From positions 45,448,001 to 45,512,000 of the forward strand of contig OZ076409.1 in NCBI GenBank assembly GCA_964187785.1: a DNA stretch of 64,000 nucleotides. The letters are read 5' to 3'. Source of the stretch: Amphiscolops sp. MND2022 (Eukaryota). Positions 24,359 to 38,306 of the stretch are shown here, piece after piece. Within the stretch, counting starts at the first letter, position 1; each line of letters starts with the position of its first letter. The position numbers and the translations under genes are program-made. Under the pieces are notes generated by a model. The model searched no databases. It was given only the letters and a program-made list of their open reading frames with translations, and had not been told where the DNA came from.

Positions 24359-25434
24359 GACAACCGCAAGGGGTCAGATTTTAGTCACTACTTTCAGTTT
24401 TTGTATATTTGATTTTTCCTTTGAAAATAGGCTAACATAACTCAAAAAGTTCCAAAAATGAAATAACCAATTATGCAGTACGCTTTGTTGAAGGAACGTT
24501 GCAGCCTTGTGTCAAAAATTTTTCAGAATGATCAAAAAAAAGACTCAAAGAAATGAAATCTTCATTATTTTCACGTATTTTTTGCAACTCATGTGTATTT
24601 TTTAAAAAAGGTTTTCGAAGTGAGAATATCAAAAACGTTCAACAACGATCGAACGCGTTATCCAGTAAGCTCTTTTGAAGACATATATGCAGACTTCTGT
24701 TGGAAAATGCCGCAAGAAGTCAGACTTCAGTCAGTACTTTCCGTGTTTATAAATTAGATGATTCCTTCAAGAGTAGGCTAATATAAATCACAACACTCTT
24801 TTCTTCGAACTTCTCTGCATTTTCATAGTGCATTGGCTTAACTCTTGAGCCTCCAGTTTATGTCGTTGTAGAACAGTTTGGGGCGGACAATATCTCGTTG
24901 GTCGGCAGGCGTCTTGTTTAACCTTTATAGGAAGCTTATGTGATTCACTCAAACGTATCTTTCACGTACGATCCATATGGAAGCTGAGTTTGACTGATTA
25001 CTGAAAAGAATTTTCGCATAGTTGGCACAAATGTATAGTAATAACGACGTTAAACGACAAACTTTAAGGACATCATTTTTGTTGCTAACAAAACAGCGAC
25101 TGGTCCAAACTGAGCCTTGTGGAACTCCTCTAGGAATACAGACAGATTGTAAGACACCACCATGTATTGGAACTCATTGACACCGTTTGTTAGTAGTGTT
25201 CTCTGGAACACAGGGGGCTCACCCTGTACGATTAAGTCCATGTTGATTTCGACAGCTATTTAAAGTGCAATGGCATGCTATTCACATGGTTCGGTTGGAA
25301 TTTCGCCAGCATAAGGTCAGGATGTGTCGTAACTATCACCACTCTGATCAAAATCGACTGAATTCCCCCTACAGTGAATATTGCGGTTACTACTAGTTGA
25401 GATCAACCTGGGAAGTCTTTCTGAGATTCCTGGT

Positions 25435-25602
25435 CCATTTGGCCAATTCTACTTGGATTCGGTCTATGTGACCGATGGTCACATTTCTGAGCCATTTGGC
25501 CAATTTTGCTTGGATGCGGTCCGTCTGACCGAAGGTCCCATTTCTGAGCCATTTGGCCGATTTTGCTTGGATGTAGTCCGTGTGACCAAAGGCCCCATTT
25601 TG
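25435..25602. repeat. Three tandem 57-bp repeats
   Basis: CCATTTGGCC starts at 25435, 25492 and 25549. Confidence 0.9.
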
Positions 25603-28600
25603 TATTTGAATTTGTTTTAGCTGGTCTTTCTATTGATGGAAGTACCTTTGAAGTACCTTTTCGGCTATAGCTGAGTTATTTAGTTCTAGAATCTGAGCGT
25701 TTAGGTCAGATTTGAGTTCTTCTAGTTGTCTTGATACTTAGGACGACATTTCAGAATTTATCGCTCTGCTTGTTTCCACAGTCAAACCTTTATTTTCACT
25801 GAGATTAGTGTTCAAGTAAGACATGAATTCTGCATCATTATGGTCCAATTCACGATCCTGCCTATATGACATTAAGTCCATTTCATTCTAACTTTTGTCT
25901 CCTTGCACTTCATAGTTATCTCTTGGATAACTAGTTAACATAACATCCATATTTTCCAGATCACACATTACTTCTGATTGCATCGAACACTTTTTTTTGC
26001 TTCCTCTTTCCTTGTCGAAGGCATAACTAGAGAGTGGTCAGCCTTCAGCCTTCAGCATTGAATTGACAAAGAGTCAAAATGTAGCAAATTGAACGGTAAT
26101 GTGTATTGAGTACCAAGTTCCGGCTATATACAGTTTAAAAACAATGACACTCACAAGTTTGTACGTCAGGTAGCTAAGTTTAGAGTGAGATCGTTCTAAA
26201 GTTAGCTTTAGACTCGATATTAGGCCATCAGTCCTAAAAACAGATTAGGACACTAGACATTACGTCATTTTGGATGGGGAGATATAAATAGCATCAAACT
26301 AGTAGCGTTATCACTCACATATTACTAATTCCAGATTAATAGCAACATTTCATGTAGCGGTAGCATCAGTATTTAACAAATCACTAATTCTGATCAAACG
26401 TCAGCATGACAGCAGTGAATTGCTTGTACTTCTTTCTTATTGGCTGAAATATGTTTGGAGCACGCGTCACCTTGACTGTAGCATTGGATTAGTTGAATGC
26501 GTTTCCTTCTTTCTAGCTTGTATTCCAAGCTATTTAGGCACTTTTCAGTTTGTTTTACAACACAATTACGGAGCTATTGCCTTGAAATTATCTGCCGCAT
26601 CGTCATTGTATTAGAGTTACTAAGCAAACATCGAACGGAATAACATCAAAATCAATTTTTGGAATAATTAAAGTTTAACGTTGCTGTCAAGTTGACTTTT
26701 GATCAATGTTACAAAATATTACATGTTGATCAAAATCACGATTGTACAAATTTTATCGGTATAAATGCGTATCAGTTTGTGGTTTAAGGCTTCGAGAGGG
26801 TTTAAAAAGGTTTCACTTTATGGGCAAGTCTTCTGTGACACTCTCTGGGGACTAAAATGAAGGAACCCAACTCCATTCCGGCTTGACAAGCTCGTCTCCT
26901 AGCCATTCGTTGGTCATAAATTTCACCCTGGATGTGTGATCCTTCAAGGTATCCCAGAGTGATTTCTCCTTCAGTTTCTGGGAATGACTTGCCACAAAAA
27001 AAACACGTCCTGTGTGGTACGCTTCGTTAGACTGTCCACAGGTACTACTTCCTTGAGTCAAGTCTGTCGTCATGGCTCTCCCAGCAGTAAGTTGCGGGGG
27101 AATGGAGGAGTTTCATAATAACAAGTTAAAACTAGCATGTCATCGTCCTCGTTTTCCTCGTTCAGTAGATCCTGCTCTGGCGTGACAAAATCAACCTTCA
27201 AATCTTCTTCTCACGATGCATATGATTGGCTGACTGGTGATCTGGGGTGTTCTTCTATTTCAAATTGTAGGGAATTATTCCCGCAGAAGCGAATGAGCAA
27301 AAGTTACTTCGCACTTTTGATTAGGCTCAAGTTAGCACGATGATCTAGAAGCGTTGTGAGGTGAATGGTTTGATGCAGTCGTTCTGACCTTAGGTCTATA
27401 TTTAGTATTGGCGGATATTGAAACGGGAAATTTCCCTTTACATTTCCTTAAGCTTCCAAATTCGACTGTCCTCTTCTGTTAGGAATTTCAATCATCAGTA
27501 AATTTCTGTTACAAGTAGCTTGACTTTATGCCATTTCAGTTTGTTTTCTCTTCATCTTCAATGCTGTTGATAGGCAGCTGAAGTGTTTACGATCACTAAC
27601 TGTCTGTCAAGAAACTTCATCAAAGACTCTCGGTCAGCATGACGCCAGTATTGGGCTGACCAATCAGATCGCGATGGTGAAGTTATGGTGAATTTGAATG
27701 TACTTGAGTGAAATAGCTGATATCTTAAGTCAATTATTCATAATGAAATGACGTCTAAATAGAAGAAACTAGACAATAGTAACAGAGCGAAAGAGTTGGA
27801 TTGATGTTGAAGTTCAAAGTTAAGCCATATCGTGAACAATCGAGTACGTCACTGACAGGTTCTGTACTTACATGCGACAATCGAATAGAATAATATGAAA
27901 ACATAAATTACTTGAAATGTTATTTTGAGCAAGGTTACACTGCATGAAGCCACGACTTCCATTACGAAGTACTTACTTTTACTCAGTAATATGAACAGTA
28001 AGTGAGTGTAGTCAAGAGTACACTGAGTCCAGCGTAGTAGCAAAATTTAGCATTTACTTAATTTCTTTCATTGATATTGATAAAGAATCACTACCATAGT
28101 AAACTCTGATACAGCATTTCCCATACATCCAATCAGTTTATTCGTTCAATTAAATTGTCAATGTCAATTCCTCATATTCTGATGTCTTCTAAAATACAGT
28201 ATCTTTTGGACAACAGCTTCGGATCAACCGTAACAGTACTCGAGGTACATCAGTATCCAGTTGGAGTCCTTTTTGACTTGATCTCGAATTTCATTGATCT
28301 GAGGGAGGTTTTCCCATAGTTGGATTCCCGACAGTATTCTTCTCAAGTACAGTCACTGTTTTTCTAGCCCTTCTGCGAGCACCCTCAATCCTGAGCACCC
28401 TCAATCTACAAACCATATATCCAGAGTTGACCTTTCGTCATAAGTTTTGTAGGAACCAATTTAATTCCCAATTGACACGTGTCGTTCGAAAATTAGACCA
28501 TACATCAATTCTGCTTTTCCAGATGGATAAGACATCAGGTTGGTTCTTTTGTATTTTGTTAGAATTACGCCTGATCAAGGCCTAACTCTAACTATTTCAC

Positions 28601-29059
28601 TTCCTCCTTGTGAAATGTCTGCAAGAAGCATGAACATGGAATTTAACTTCAGTTTCTTAGAATCGCGGCTAAATGGATTTTTATGCAGGAAGGCAACCGC
28701 GCCCATGTATTTCCTCACGTTTAGGAGAAGATTCAAACGGCCAACCGACTCAGCCTACTGAGGAACGAATGGACTCAAATCGCATCAACATGGACTACCC
28801 AGATCATACTAGCACACTTTCTGAGGATGTTACCGAAAAATTCGAGGTTGTTGCTTTGTCGCCTGAACCTGAAGAGGCTGTTCAAAGTGTCCCAGACAAG
28901 TACATTACTACTCCAAGGTCACTACATGTTCCACTGCCGGAATGAGAAACTGATACTACCTACTCGGCTCTTCGCTGAAGTTTTTAAATGAGGAGGGTTT
29001 TCTTAAGCAGGAGTGGATAAGACGAGAGTATTAAACCATACTGCTCTAGAAAAGCTGAG

Positions 29060-31430
29060 ACCATGAGGAACCATACTTTACTTTCATGGCAACCGGTTAA
29101 AAATTTGCGAAACGTTTCCATTTTACGTGCTTCAACCTCAATTGCCTTGGCTCCAGGATTAGGAGTTTCGCGTCAGACGACTGGGGGAAGAACATCAGCA
29201 ACTGTGACAACCCACACCAAAATTTTACCTATCAACCAAGGGAACATGATAACACCATCTAAGCGTTTCCCATCAGTTCGGTACAGTCCACGCGGCTCGA
29301 GCACTTAAGGCAAGTCGAGAGATCCCAACGTCGTCTTTATGAGAGAATTGAGAGTAGCATGACGTGAGAAACGACCTGCACTCTTGGTCCAAAAAAGACC
29401 GTGTAAGTCGTCCCGTTCAACTTTTAACACAGTGGCACGTATGCGCAACACATATGTTGGCTCCGAGTCGTGAACCATTCGAAATCCGAAGTTGCTGATT
29501 GTCAAGTTTCAGACCTAGGTTCTTGCAAGGAACAACGTTCAATCACTGAGACCCGAAATTGGCTTGATGAGCGTTAAAAACTTTCGATCGTTTCTCATCC
29601 TATCTAGAAATCAAATCTTGGGCGGCTTTGACGTAGAAAAGTTGGGTCCAATTTTTCTGGCTTCCATCGAAATAACTTGCCTGTTGATTCGTCAAACTCA
29701 ACCATTTCTCCAGCGCTTTCTTGAAGGATAATGTTGCAGAGGAAACACAGAGACCACCCATTTCAGCGGGCAGAGGCAGCTGAGTACCCGCGAAAACGTC
29801 GCAATTCACGTTACATACTTTGGAAAGCCCGTCCAGTACCTCTTTTGTCACACGTTTCCAAGATAGCTGGATTATTGAATTATGTACTGGTTCTCTAGAA
29901 GAACAACAACTTGTCAGACCGAAGCAATTTTTGAACATTAGAAATCATCAAGAGCATCGGGTTTTTCGAAAACTCCATTACCTTCTTCCAGTTCATTGAG
30001 TTTTTTCCAATAAGTCTGCCTGCGATTTCGTGCCGAGCGGTGAACCAGGGAAAATTAGTTCATCTTTCGTTGGCGTTTTAATTCCGGGGCAGATATTTTG
30101 AACGAGTCTAAATTTGTTGGTCGTCGTGGTTTAGTGATGTCACTAAGCAAAAAAATTTCGTGAGCTTAAGGGCCAGTCCAAGCATTTTCCTCCTCAACAA
30201 TTTTTGTGAGATCTTTCAGAACGGTTCTTTAATCATCTTTTAAATTTCCATCGTCGAGATACCATAAGTTTAATTTCGACTCCAAACTGTCAATCAGATA
30301 CTGAATGGAAACCGAAAGTAAAGTTGAAGACTCAAGATCTCCTGGCTGTGTCCCTTCATATCCTTTTATTACCTTATCATCGTAAAAAAAGAAACACGGT
30401 TGTCTCTCACTCATAACTTTCGGTGTGTATTTGGAAAGTTTTCCGGAGAATGAAATAAAGGTTTGTCGAATTGAAAGGTTCTCCAAAGTCAGTTTTCAAG
30501 TTTAGGTTTTTTTGGGCTGGGGCTTTCTTTCAGACAAAGGAACACATGTGGCCGATTGGTGCCAACACATACTTGTCGACTTTCATATCGTACTTGACGT
30601 GTGTCAAAGACATGGTACCGACACATTTTGCGGACAACCGGCGGAAAGTATTGACCACAGCGATAAAACGGAGTCGTCCTTCAGACTTTTTGTCCAGACT
30701 AGTTTGTACAAATGAAGTACGGATTAGGTTCGGAAGTACATTTTCTTCGAGAATCATATTGACAAAATTTGTTAGGGCTCTCAGGAAATTCAGCCTGTTT
30801 GCCCGTTCGAATTGGCAGCCAAATATTTCAAAATTTTGAGCGAAATGTCATCCAAACCTGCACTAGGGTGGTTGTGGAGTGACATGAGAGCAATATGGAC
30901 GATGAGCTCAGAGATTGAAAAACAAACATCATATATGGTGTCCGGGACTGTGCAAAGTTTCCTCTGGGTATGTTTCAGCTTGAGGGCCGCGTAATTGTCG
31001 ACCGTGAAGGCTGCAATGTCATCGTCGCCTACTTCCATTCCGATTCCGGCCTTAACAATACCTTCGTCTAATTTAATGCAACAGGAACGCAGTTGTTGGT
31101 ATATTTCCGTTTCCTGCTGCAATTTTTCTGCCACATTTCTGTTGTTTTTTTCTCGAAAACCATACCGAACACGTTTGTTGATATTTGCACTGAGTGATGA
31201 CCTCTGACGTTTAACTCATAAAACAACTTAGAGAGGAGAGCAATAAATACCGCAAGGCAAAATCTGACAGGGTTTCCCTAAAAAAATTCAGGTATCACGT
31301 TTTCAGCTAGGGGTATCCCTGAAGTTGAAGGAACTCTTTTCAACTGAACAACGCCTGAAATGAAAAGTAACTGGTCCAAATTCCTCATCATGACAGTTAG
31401 GGATAGTGTCACAGAAGAGACCCTACAACA
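29060..31430 (-). mobile_element. Decayed CRE-like non-LTR retrotransposon (RT + restriction-like endonuclease)
   Basis: Minus-strand motifs SAGLDDIS, LRFIAVVNTFRRLSAK, EGTQPGDL, LWYLDDG, LPAEMGGL; the RLE region is homologous to 33230-33470. Many stops and frameshifts. Confidence 0.8.
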
Positions 31431-31434
31431 AGGC

Positions 31435-32100
31435 TCCGGACTTCTGTTCTTGACAAAATTCAGTCGTGTTTGCCCGTTCAACTTGACAGCCAAATGTTTC
31501 AAAATTCGGTACGAAATGCCGTCCCAACCTGCACTAGAGCCGTTGGGGTAATATATGAGAGCCTTGTGGACGAACCATTCCTAGGTTGAAGTACAATCGA
31601 TTTCTGTGGGTTTCGGAACAGAGCAAGTTTTCCTCTCCGGATGTTTCAGCTTGGAAGCCGCATTGTTCTCGACCGTAAAATCTGCAATCTTGTTGTCGCC
31701 TAGTGCCATCCTGATTCCGGCCTTATCTGTACCTTCGTCTATTTTAGTGCAATTGGAACGCAGTTGTCGAGCTCACTCGCTTTTCTGTAGCGGTTTTCTG
31801 TTGCAGACCGGATTTTTTCCCAATTACACCATCCCGTATACGCTTATTGATGATTGCCTCCTGAGTGATGACCTCTGCCGTTTACCTCCTCGAGGTGATT
31901 TTACCGAAACAAACAGCTTAGGGAGGAGAGAAAAATGCACCACAAGGTAATATTTGACGGAGTTGAACAATTATCAATAGTTTTGTGTATCTCATATGAA
32001 CAACGTCTGAATTAGAGAGAGTGTCTGGTCTAAAGTTATCATCATGACACTAAGGGGTAGTGTTCACAAAAGGGCACATACAATATTTCAACTCGGCATG
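31435..32100 (-). mobile_element. Second partial copy of the CRE-like element (N-terminal part)
   Basis: 31440-32080 is homologous to ~30760-31420 (e.g. GCCCGTTCRAMTTGRCAGCCAAAT at ~30800 and ~31472). Confidence 0.7.
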
Positions 32101-32499
32101 AATTTGGGCCTCCGCTCTTGAAAACTTGGCGCGATTTTTTTGAACCCATCTGTTGCAAAGCATACAATTTACCTAGTCAGGTCGACTCAAAGGGCTTTCA
32201 TCAAAACTCAACCTCGAAACCTAACCAATTGCAGGAATACCACATTTGGGTGGGTGCCACTCTCCCCAAAAAAACAACCACCACTGTGAAGCAAGCAGTA
32301 TAATAAAGCATTCTTGAATTGATAAATTGAATTTTCATGAAATTTAATGAGTTTGGACACGATCGGAGCCACATTAAACACTTTGGAACACAAAACTTCC
32401 ATGTGAGGAGAACGCACCAGAAATCATGCAAATACCCCATATCGTAAATCTCTACATCATTCTAGCATTTTCAGTGCCCGGTGGAAGAAGTCAATTTTG

Positions 32500-33715
32500 C
32501 ATACAACAAATAGGTTTGCGGGTCAACTCAACTCCATGTGGTGCATTTTAGGACAAATTGACAGGACAATTGTACTTCCTGAGAACCAGTACATGTTTTA
32601 TTCATCCAGCTCTCTTGGAAAAATTGACAAAACCGTACACGATAGGCTTTCCAAAGCGTGTAACGTGAACTTCGACGAGATTCCGAGTACTCAACTGGCT
32701 CTGCCCGCTTAGATGGGAGGTTTTGGGGTTTCATCCCCATCATTATCAGCACTTTCCGCCTTTCTGGTCTCAGCTTTTGGTGCGAGTGACTTTCTCATGA
32801 CGATTTTCTCGGAAACATTCGAAGATGTTTCGTTTACGAAAGCGCTTGAGAAATGGTTGAGTTTGACGAATGAACAGGAAAGTCCTCTCGATGGAACTCA
32901 GAAATTTTGGACGCAACCTGTCTACGTCAGAACCGCCCAAGATTTGATATCTAGAATGGATGACAAACATTCGAAAGTTTTTAACGCTCATCAAGGCACG
33001 TTCGGGTCTCAATGGCTAAACATCGTTCCTTGCAAGAATTTTTGCCTGAAACTTGATGATCAGCAGCTTCGGATTTCATTTGGTTTGCGTCTCGGAGCCA
33101 ACATCTGTGTTGCGCAAACGTGCCACTGTGGTAAAAGAGTTCAAGGGGGGACCGTTTACACGGTCTCTCTTGCACCAAGCGTGCTGGTCGCTTCCCACGT
33201 CATGTCATTCTCAATTTTCTCATAAAGCAGACGTTGGGTTCACTCGACTTGCCTTCAGTGCGCGAACCGCGTCGACTGTACCGAACTAATGGCAAATCCC
33301 CAGACGGTGTTACCATGATTCCTTGGGAAATGGGTAAACAGTTGGTGTGGAATGTCACGGTTGTGGATGCTCTTGCACCCAGCCGTCTGAATGAAGGCTC
33401 TTTATGCAACCTGGGAACCACCGCCACCGATGCTGAAGCGCGTAAAATTGAGAAGTATCGGGAATTAATAGACAACGGATACTTTTTTCAACTGGTGGCC
33501 TTGGAAGTTCAGGGTTCTTTAGGCGAGAGCAGTGAAATTTTCATCACGCGTCTCTGTAGAATGATCTGTCGTTCGCACGACGATCAATGAGTTGGCAGCT
33601 TTTGGAAGCAACGGATTTCAATGGCTCTTCAGATCGGCAATGCGGCCTCTGTTCTAGGAACTGTGAGCGACAGAGATGCGTTGGAAGATATTTATTATTT
33701 TTTAACTTATTAACT
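32500..33715 (+). mobile_element. 3' half of a CRE-like retroposon, inverted relative to 29060-31430
   Basis: STQLALPA*MGGFGV, SQWLNIVPC...LRLGANIC..TCHCG, KSPDGVTMIPWEMGKQLVWNVTVVDALA, EARKIEKY, QRISMALQIGNAASVLGT. Confidence 0.85.
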
Positions 33716-34135
33716 TTTTTTTAAATCTCTATATCATTGCAGCTTCAAAAAAATTTTACCGGTCGACTGGGACAGTGGCTGGGGTATATGGTCAATTGGC
33801 TTAATGCCATTTGGCTTTCGAAACAGGTTGGGTAGCAATGAAGAACTGAATTGAGATTGATTAGTTATGATCAGACTTGGTTCATGTATTTACAATTGCA
33901 ATTGATGGTAGACGTGGTTCAGCATCGGGTATATGTAGCACCGCGACAGGTACCTGTTAGTCAACAAAAAATGTGCAGTATCAAGAGTTGTAAGTTGTAA
34001 CGCACAAACAGGTACATCAATGTGCGACATCAAAAGTTGTGTCTGCGATGTCATCTGGCAGGTACTTGAACCTTAGGGATCGTGGCTCATCATTTGATCG
34101 TTCCCGCCTCGCGAGGTTGATGGCAAACCTTGACA

Positions 34136-37090
34136 CCCCCGCTTTGCCGACAGTCGAGCAAGGTGTTGTTGCGTCTTCGTCTTACCCAGTCCCTTCGTGA
34201 AAATGTCAGCTCAATTGTCACCACTTGCAATAAACTTCAGATAACTCGACTGATTCTTCACTGTCTCTCGCACATAGGCCATCCGAGTTGCAAAGTGTTT
34301 CGTCTTTGCGCTGTTGTAATCTCTGGTTGCTTATGCTAGGCACGATTGACTGTCCGTGAACAAAGTTGTCGCTATGGATTCTCCAAGAGTGTCCAGAATC
34401 CCCCGCAAATGCACCGCTTCCTTTACAGCTTTGCTCAAGGTATGAAGTTCTGCCTCAATGGCTGAAGTCGCTACATACGTTTGTCGTCTAGCAGCCCACG
34501 ATATTGCCCCACTACCCACGTTGAAGCAGAAACCAGTGATGCTTCGTCTATCGTCCTTGCAGCTGGCATAGTCTGAATCCGTGTATCCATTTAGGCCTGT
34601 ATCATCGCACTTCATGAAAGTGATGCCCACGTCAGCTGTACCTCTGAGGTAGCGTAAGACGTGCTTCGCTGCTTGCCAGTGAGCAAACCCAGGGTTGCTA
34701 AGAAATCGAGAAAGTAGGTGGGCCGGGAAAGCCAGGTCAGGTCGAGTGGACTGTGAGAGGTAAGCAATGCTACCCACTAGACCTCTGTAGTCATGTCTCA
34801 ACATTTGCTGTTGCTCATCTGATCCGTCTTCTGGCATCTGATCCTTCGTCAGCTCCAGCTTGTCTGCGAGTGGTGTTGAAGCTACCTTGCACTCGCCCAT
34901 ACCGTGTTTGCGAAGTAGGTTGCTCACATACCCCTGATGCTTCATTGTCAGCGAATCGTCACCCCACTTGAAGGAAATTCCCAAGAACCACGTCAGACGA
35001 CCGTTTCCGCCAATGTTGAACCGCTCGCTCATCTTGTCATTGAACCATGTGGTGAATTGACTGTCAGTGGACCCGTAAAGAATATTATCCACCAAGATCA
35101 CTATTCAGCACTTGTGGCCATTCCTCGTCAGAGTCAGTAAGCAAGGGTCGTGAAATGATGCCTTGAAGTTGAGCTCAAACAGATGGGAAGTGACACACTC
35201 AAACGAATTGCGCCCCGATTGCTTTAGTCCATAAAGTGACCGCTTAAGCTTGCACGCCATCTGTTTGCCCTTTTGGTACCCCTCTGGCTGCCCCATGTAG
35301 ACGTCTTCGTGAATTGGTGCGTTCAGGTATGCTGTCTTTATGTCCATCTGATTGAAATGCATACCCAGCTTCACCTCACATGCCAGGACAGTTCTGAGTG
35401 TAGACAGCTTCGCGGTTGGTGAGTAGGTGTCGTGAAAAGTGTTGTGCCCCATTACTTGATGCCAGTGCTTGATAGAGTGATGCATCATTGACAGTGACCC
35501 CGTTTCCACAGGTTGAGCCATCACACTGAAAAGTTCGTCGTTTGTCATCATTGGCACAACAGTTCCATTGGGCATCTTGATGGTTGGGTCGTCATTGAAC
35601 TGAATCATTGCCCTCTTGTCCGTCAATCGCTTGACTGACACCAGATTCCTCGCGTAGGATGGCACCCAGAAGGCATCCCTGCGTTCCAGTAGACAAGAAC
35701 GGCCCGTATTGTCCTTCACAAAGCATGACACTGTCCCACGTCCTCTGATCTCTGCACGACTGCTGTTAGCGTTGCATACGTCTGCCAGAAAACCCTCGTC
35801 CAGATCAGAGAAGAGCTCTTTGTTCTTGATCATGAAGCCGTTGCACCCAGAGTCAATGAGAAGCTCAATGCTCCCCTTGTCGTAGCAACCTGCCCTGGAA
35901 GCCCCGAAGCTGAAGAAGTCCGCTGATGAATGATTGCTGGATTGACCCGAGCCACATCCTCCACTTGAGCGTTTTGCTGTCCCTTCCTGCAAGATGAAGC
36001 CAGACGCCCCTTCTGACCACAGTTGAAGCAAGTCCTCGTCTCCCGACTGTGGCAGTCCTTAGCTCGGTGCCCCATCTTTCCACACTTGAAGCACTTTGGA
36101 GGCTTCCTCCCGGCTGAGTGAAATGTTGTCATCGATGTCTCGCTGGGAACACAGAGACCCCTGGTTGCTGCGAAGTTGACGAAGTCCTGCTTCATCTCGT
36201 AGTACCCCTTTGCTGTATCGAAGTTGAGGACTGCCACCACCCTGTCGAAGTCACTTGGAAGATCCTTGAGAATCATCGCTTTGAAGAGAGCATCTGAGAC
36301 AACTTCTCCTGCAAGATGAAGCCAGACGCCCCTTCTGACCACAGTTGAAGCAAGTCCTCGTCTCCCGACTGTGGCAGTCCTTAGCTCGGTGCCCCATCTT
36401 TCCACACTTGAAGCACTTTGGAGGCTTCCTCCCGGCTGAGTGAAATGTTGTCATCGATGTCTCGCTGGGAACACAGAGACCCCTGGTTGCTGCGAAGTTG
36501 ACGAAGTCCTGCTTCATCTCGTAGTACCCCTTTGCTGTACCGAAGTTGAGGACTGCCACCACCCTGTCGAAGTCACTTGGAAGACCCTTGAGAATCATCG
36601 CTTTGAAGAGAGCATCTGAGACCACTTCCCCCGCTTCAGCCAGATCCAGTTTGAGCCCTTCTGCTTTGGTGAGGTAGTCAGTCACCTCCTCCCCTGATGT
36701 CATCTTGAGACCAGTGAGCTGTGTCATCAGTGATTGAACACGAGGCCGTTCAGTTGATTTGTGGAGCTTCGTCAAAGCTGTCCAGGCAGCAGTCCCATTC
36801 GGCTTGTGCACTCTGATGAAGTTGATGCTTGCCTTGTTAAGGCACTGAACCAGCTCGCACCACACCATGTACTGTAGTTTGGCTCGATCTGCTTCTTCCC
36901 CCTCTCGCTTGACACGTTCGTCATTCGTCTCCACATCTTTTTGAGGTGTTGTTTCGATTCTGTCCAGAAGGCAGTCAGAAAGTCCCAGATCATAGACTCT
37001 TGCTTCGAACTGCTCCAGAAAAGTGGGGAAGTCATCCTCTCGTCCACTAAACAGCAGGTTCACTTTTCGAGAGTGTCGTTGTGCCGTCAT
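34136..37090 (-). pseudogene. Copia gag-pol, disrupted (integrase core deleted, 322-bp gag duplication, stops)
   Basis: ATG at 37090 (MTAQRHSRK). The pre-integrase motif WHQVMGH is joined directly to RT-proximal FHDTYSPTAK at ~35440. RNase H continues through stops to ADIFTKGL. Confidence 0.88.
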
Positions 37091-37363
37091 CGTGATCTGC
37101 GCTGGTGAGGCCAGGGTTCTCAAACTCAAACTCAAACTTTCAAACTCAAACTCAAACTTTCAAACTTTTAGGTTTCAAACTCAAATTCAAACCAAACTTC
37201 ATTATATTATCAAACTTAAACCCAAACTCAAGCTCACGAAAAAAGTTCAAACAGTTTGAGTTGTTTGACTATTTCTTAATATAACGCAGATGGCTATAAT
37301 TTTTTCATTTTTATTAAAATTTCAGCAAGGTGATTCAGAAGTTTTAGTTTTAGATCGTATGGT

Positions 37364-38098
37364 ATGGGCAAGTCGTCTCCGAAGAAAGACTGGCGTCCAT
37401 TTGCAATCAAAAATCCGCGGCTCAGGGGAAAGTTTTTGTGCGGTTATAAAGATAGGAAGAAAACTAATTTGAGAGGATGTATAGCTTGTAATTTGGATAT
37501 TCGGTGCAAAAACGGAGTCACGTCACCCTTATTGCGTCATGTTGATACCTGTGTTGGATCAAGTCCCGTTATGGAAGAGGATCAATCATTGTTAAAGTTT
37601 CTTTCTGGAAAGAGCAGAAAATATAATCTAGCACAGCGTCTAGTTTACAATTCCAATTTTTCTGTTAACAAGATTTGCACTTCCAAAAAGTTTTTGGAAA
37701 TATTTAAGTTGGCGAAGCTTGGAATTCCAACATACTCTGAATTACAGGAAAGTCTTACAAGCTCATACCTTGAAAGAATTGAGTCTGTATCCAATTTGCT
37801 GGCTGCAAATGATCCGCTCGTTTTGTGTTTGGACAAGTGGACTAACCACCACGACGAAAAATTCATCGGAGTATATGTTCTTCAAAAGCGAAAGAAGATA
37901 TTTTTAGGTCTTGAGAATTATGATTCAAAATGCACTGCTACTTATATGAAAGATCGCATAATCGAAATTCTGCAGAAATTTGGCATTGGAAATTTTGACC
38001 GATTCGTTTGCGTTATGTCAGACTGCGGGTCAGACGTTGTACACTGTATGAACACTGCCGCGCCAAAGGTGCTAACTCCAATTGTAATTGACAATTAA
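37364..38098 (+). CDS. Truncated hAT transposase (BED finger + first catalytic motifs)
   Basis: DWRPF...CIAC...SPLLRHVDTC (BED-like), LCLDKWT and VMSDCGSDV. The C-terminal catalytic and dimerisation regions are missing. Confidence 0.8.
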   Translation: MGKSSPKKDWRPFAIKNPRLRGKFLCGYKDRKKTNLRGCIACNLDIRCKNGVTSPLLRHVDTCVGSSPVMEEDQSLLKFLSGKSRKYNLAQRLVYNSNFSVNKICTSKKFLEIFKLAKLGIPTYSELQESLTSSYLERIESVSNLLAANDPLVLCLDKWTNHHDEKFIGVYVLQKRKKIFLGLENYDSKCTATYMKDRIIEILQKFGIGNFDRFVCVMSDCGSDVVHCMNTAAPKVLTPIVIDN

Positions 38099-38306
38099 AA
38101 CCATGTGCCATGTGCCATTCCTTTTTTTTGTTAATACATTTGTTGAAATTCCATATTTTTTGTTAAACGTTTTTGGTAAAACATTTGTAAAACATTTTTC
38201 GTTAAAACAATGTGTTTTATGCAAGTTACAAGAGGTGTTCGTTCATTATTCATAACAGTTTGTTACGTGTTTGCCTAAATTTCAAACTATTCAACAATTT
38301 TCAAAC

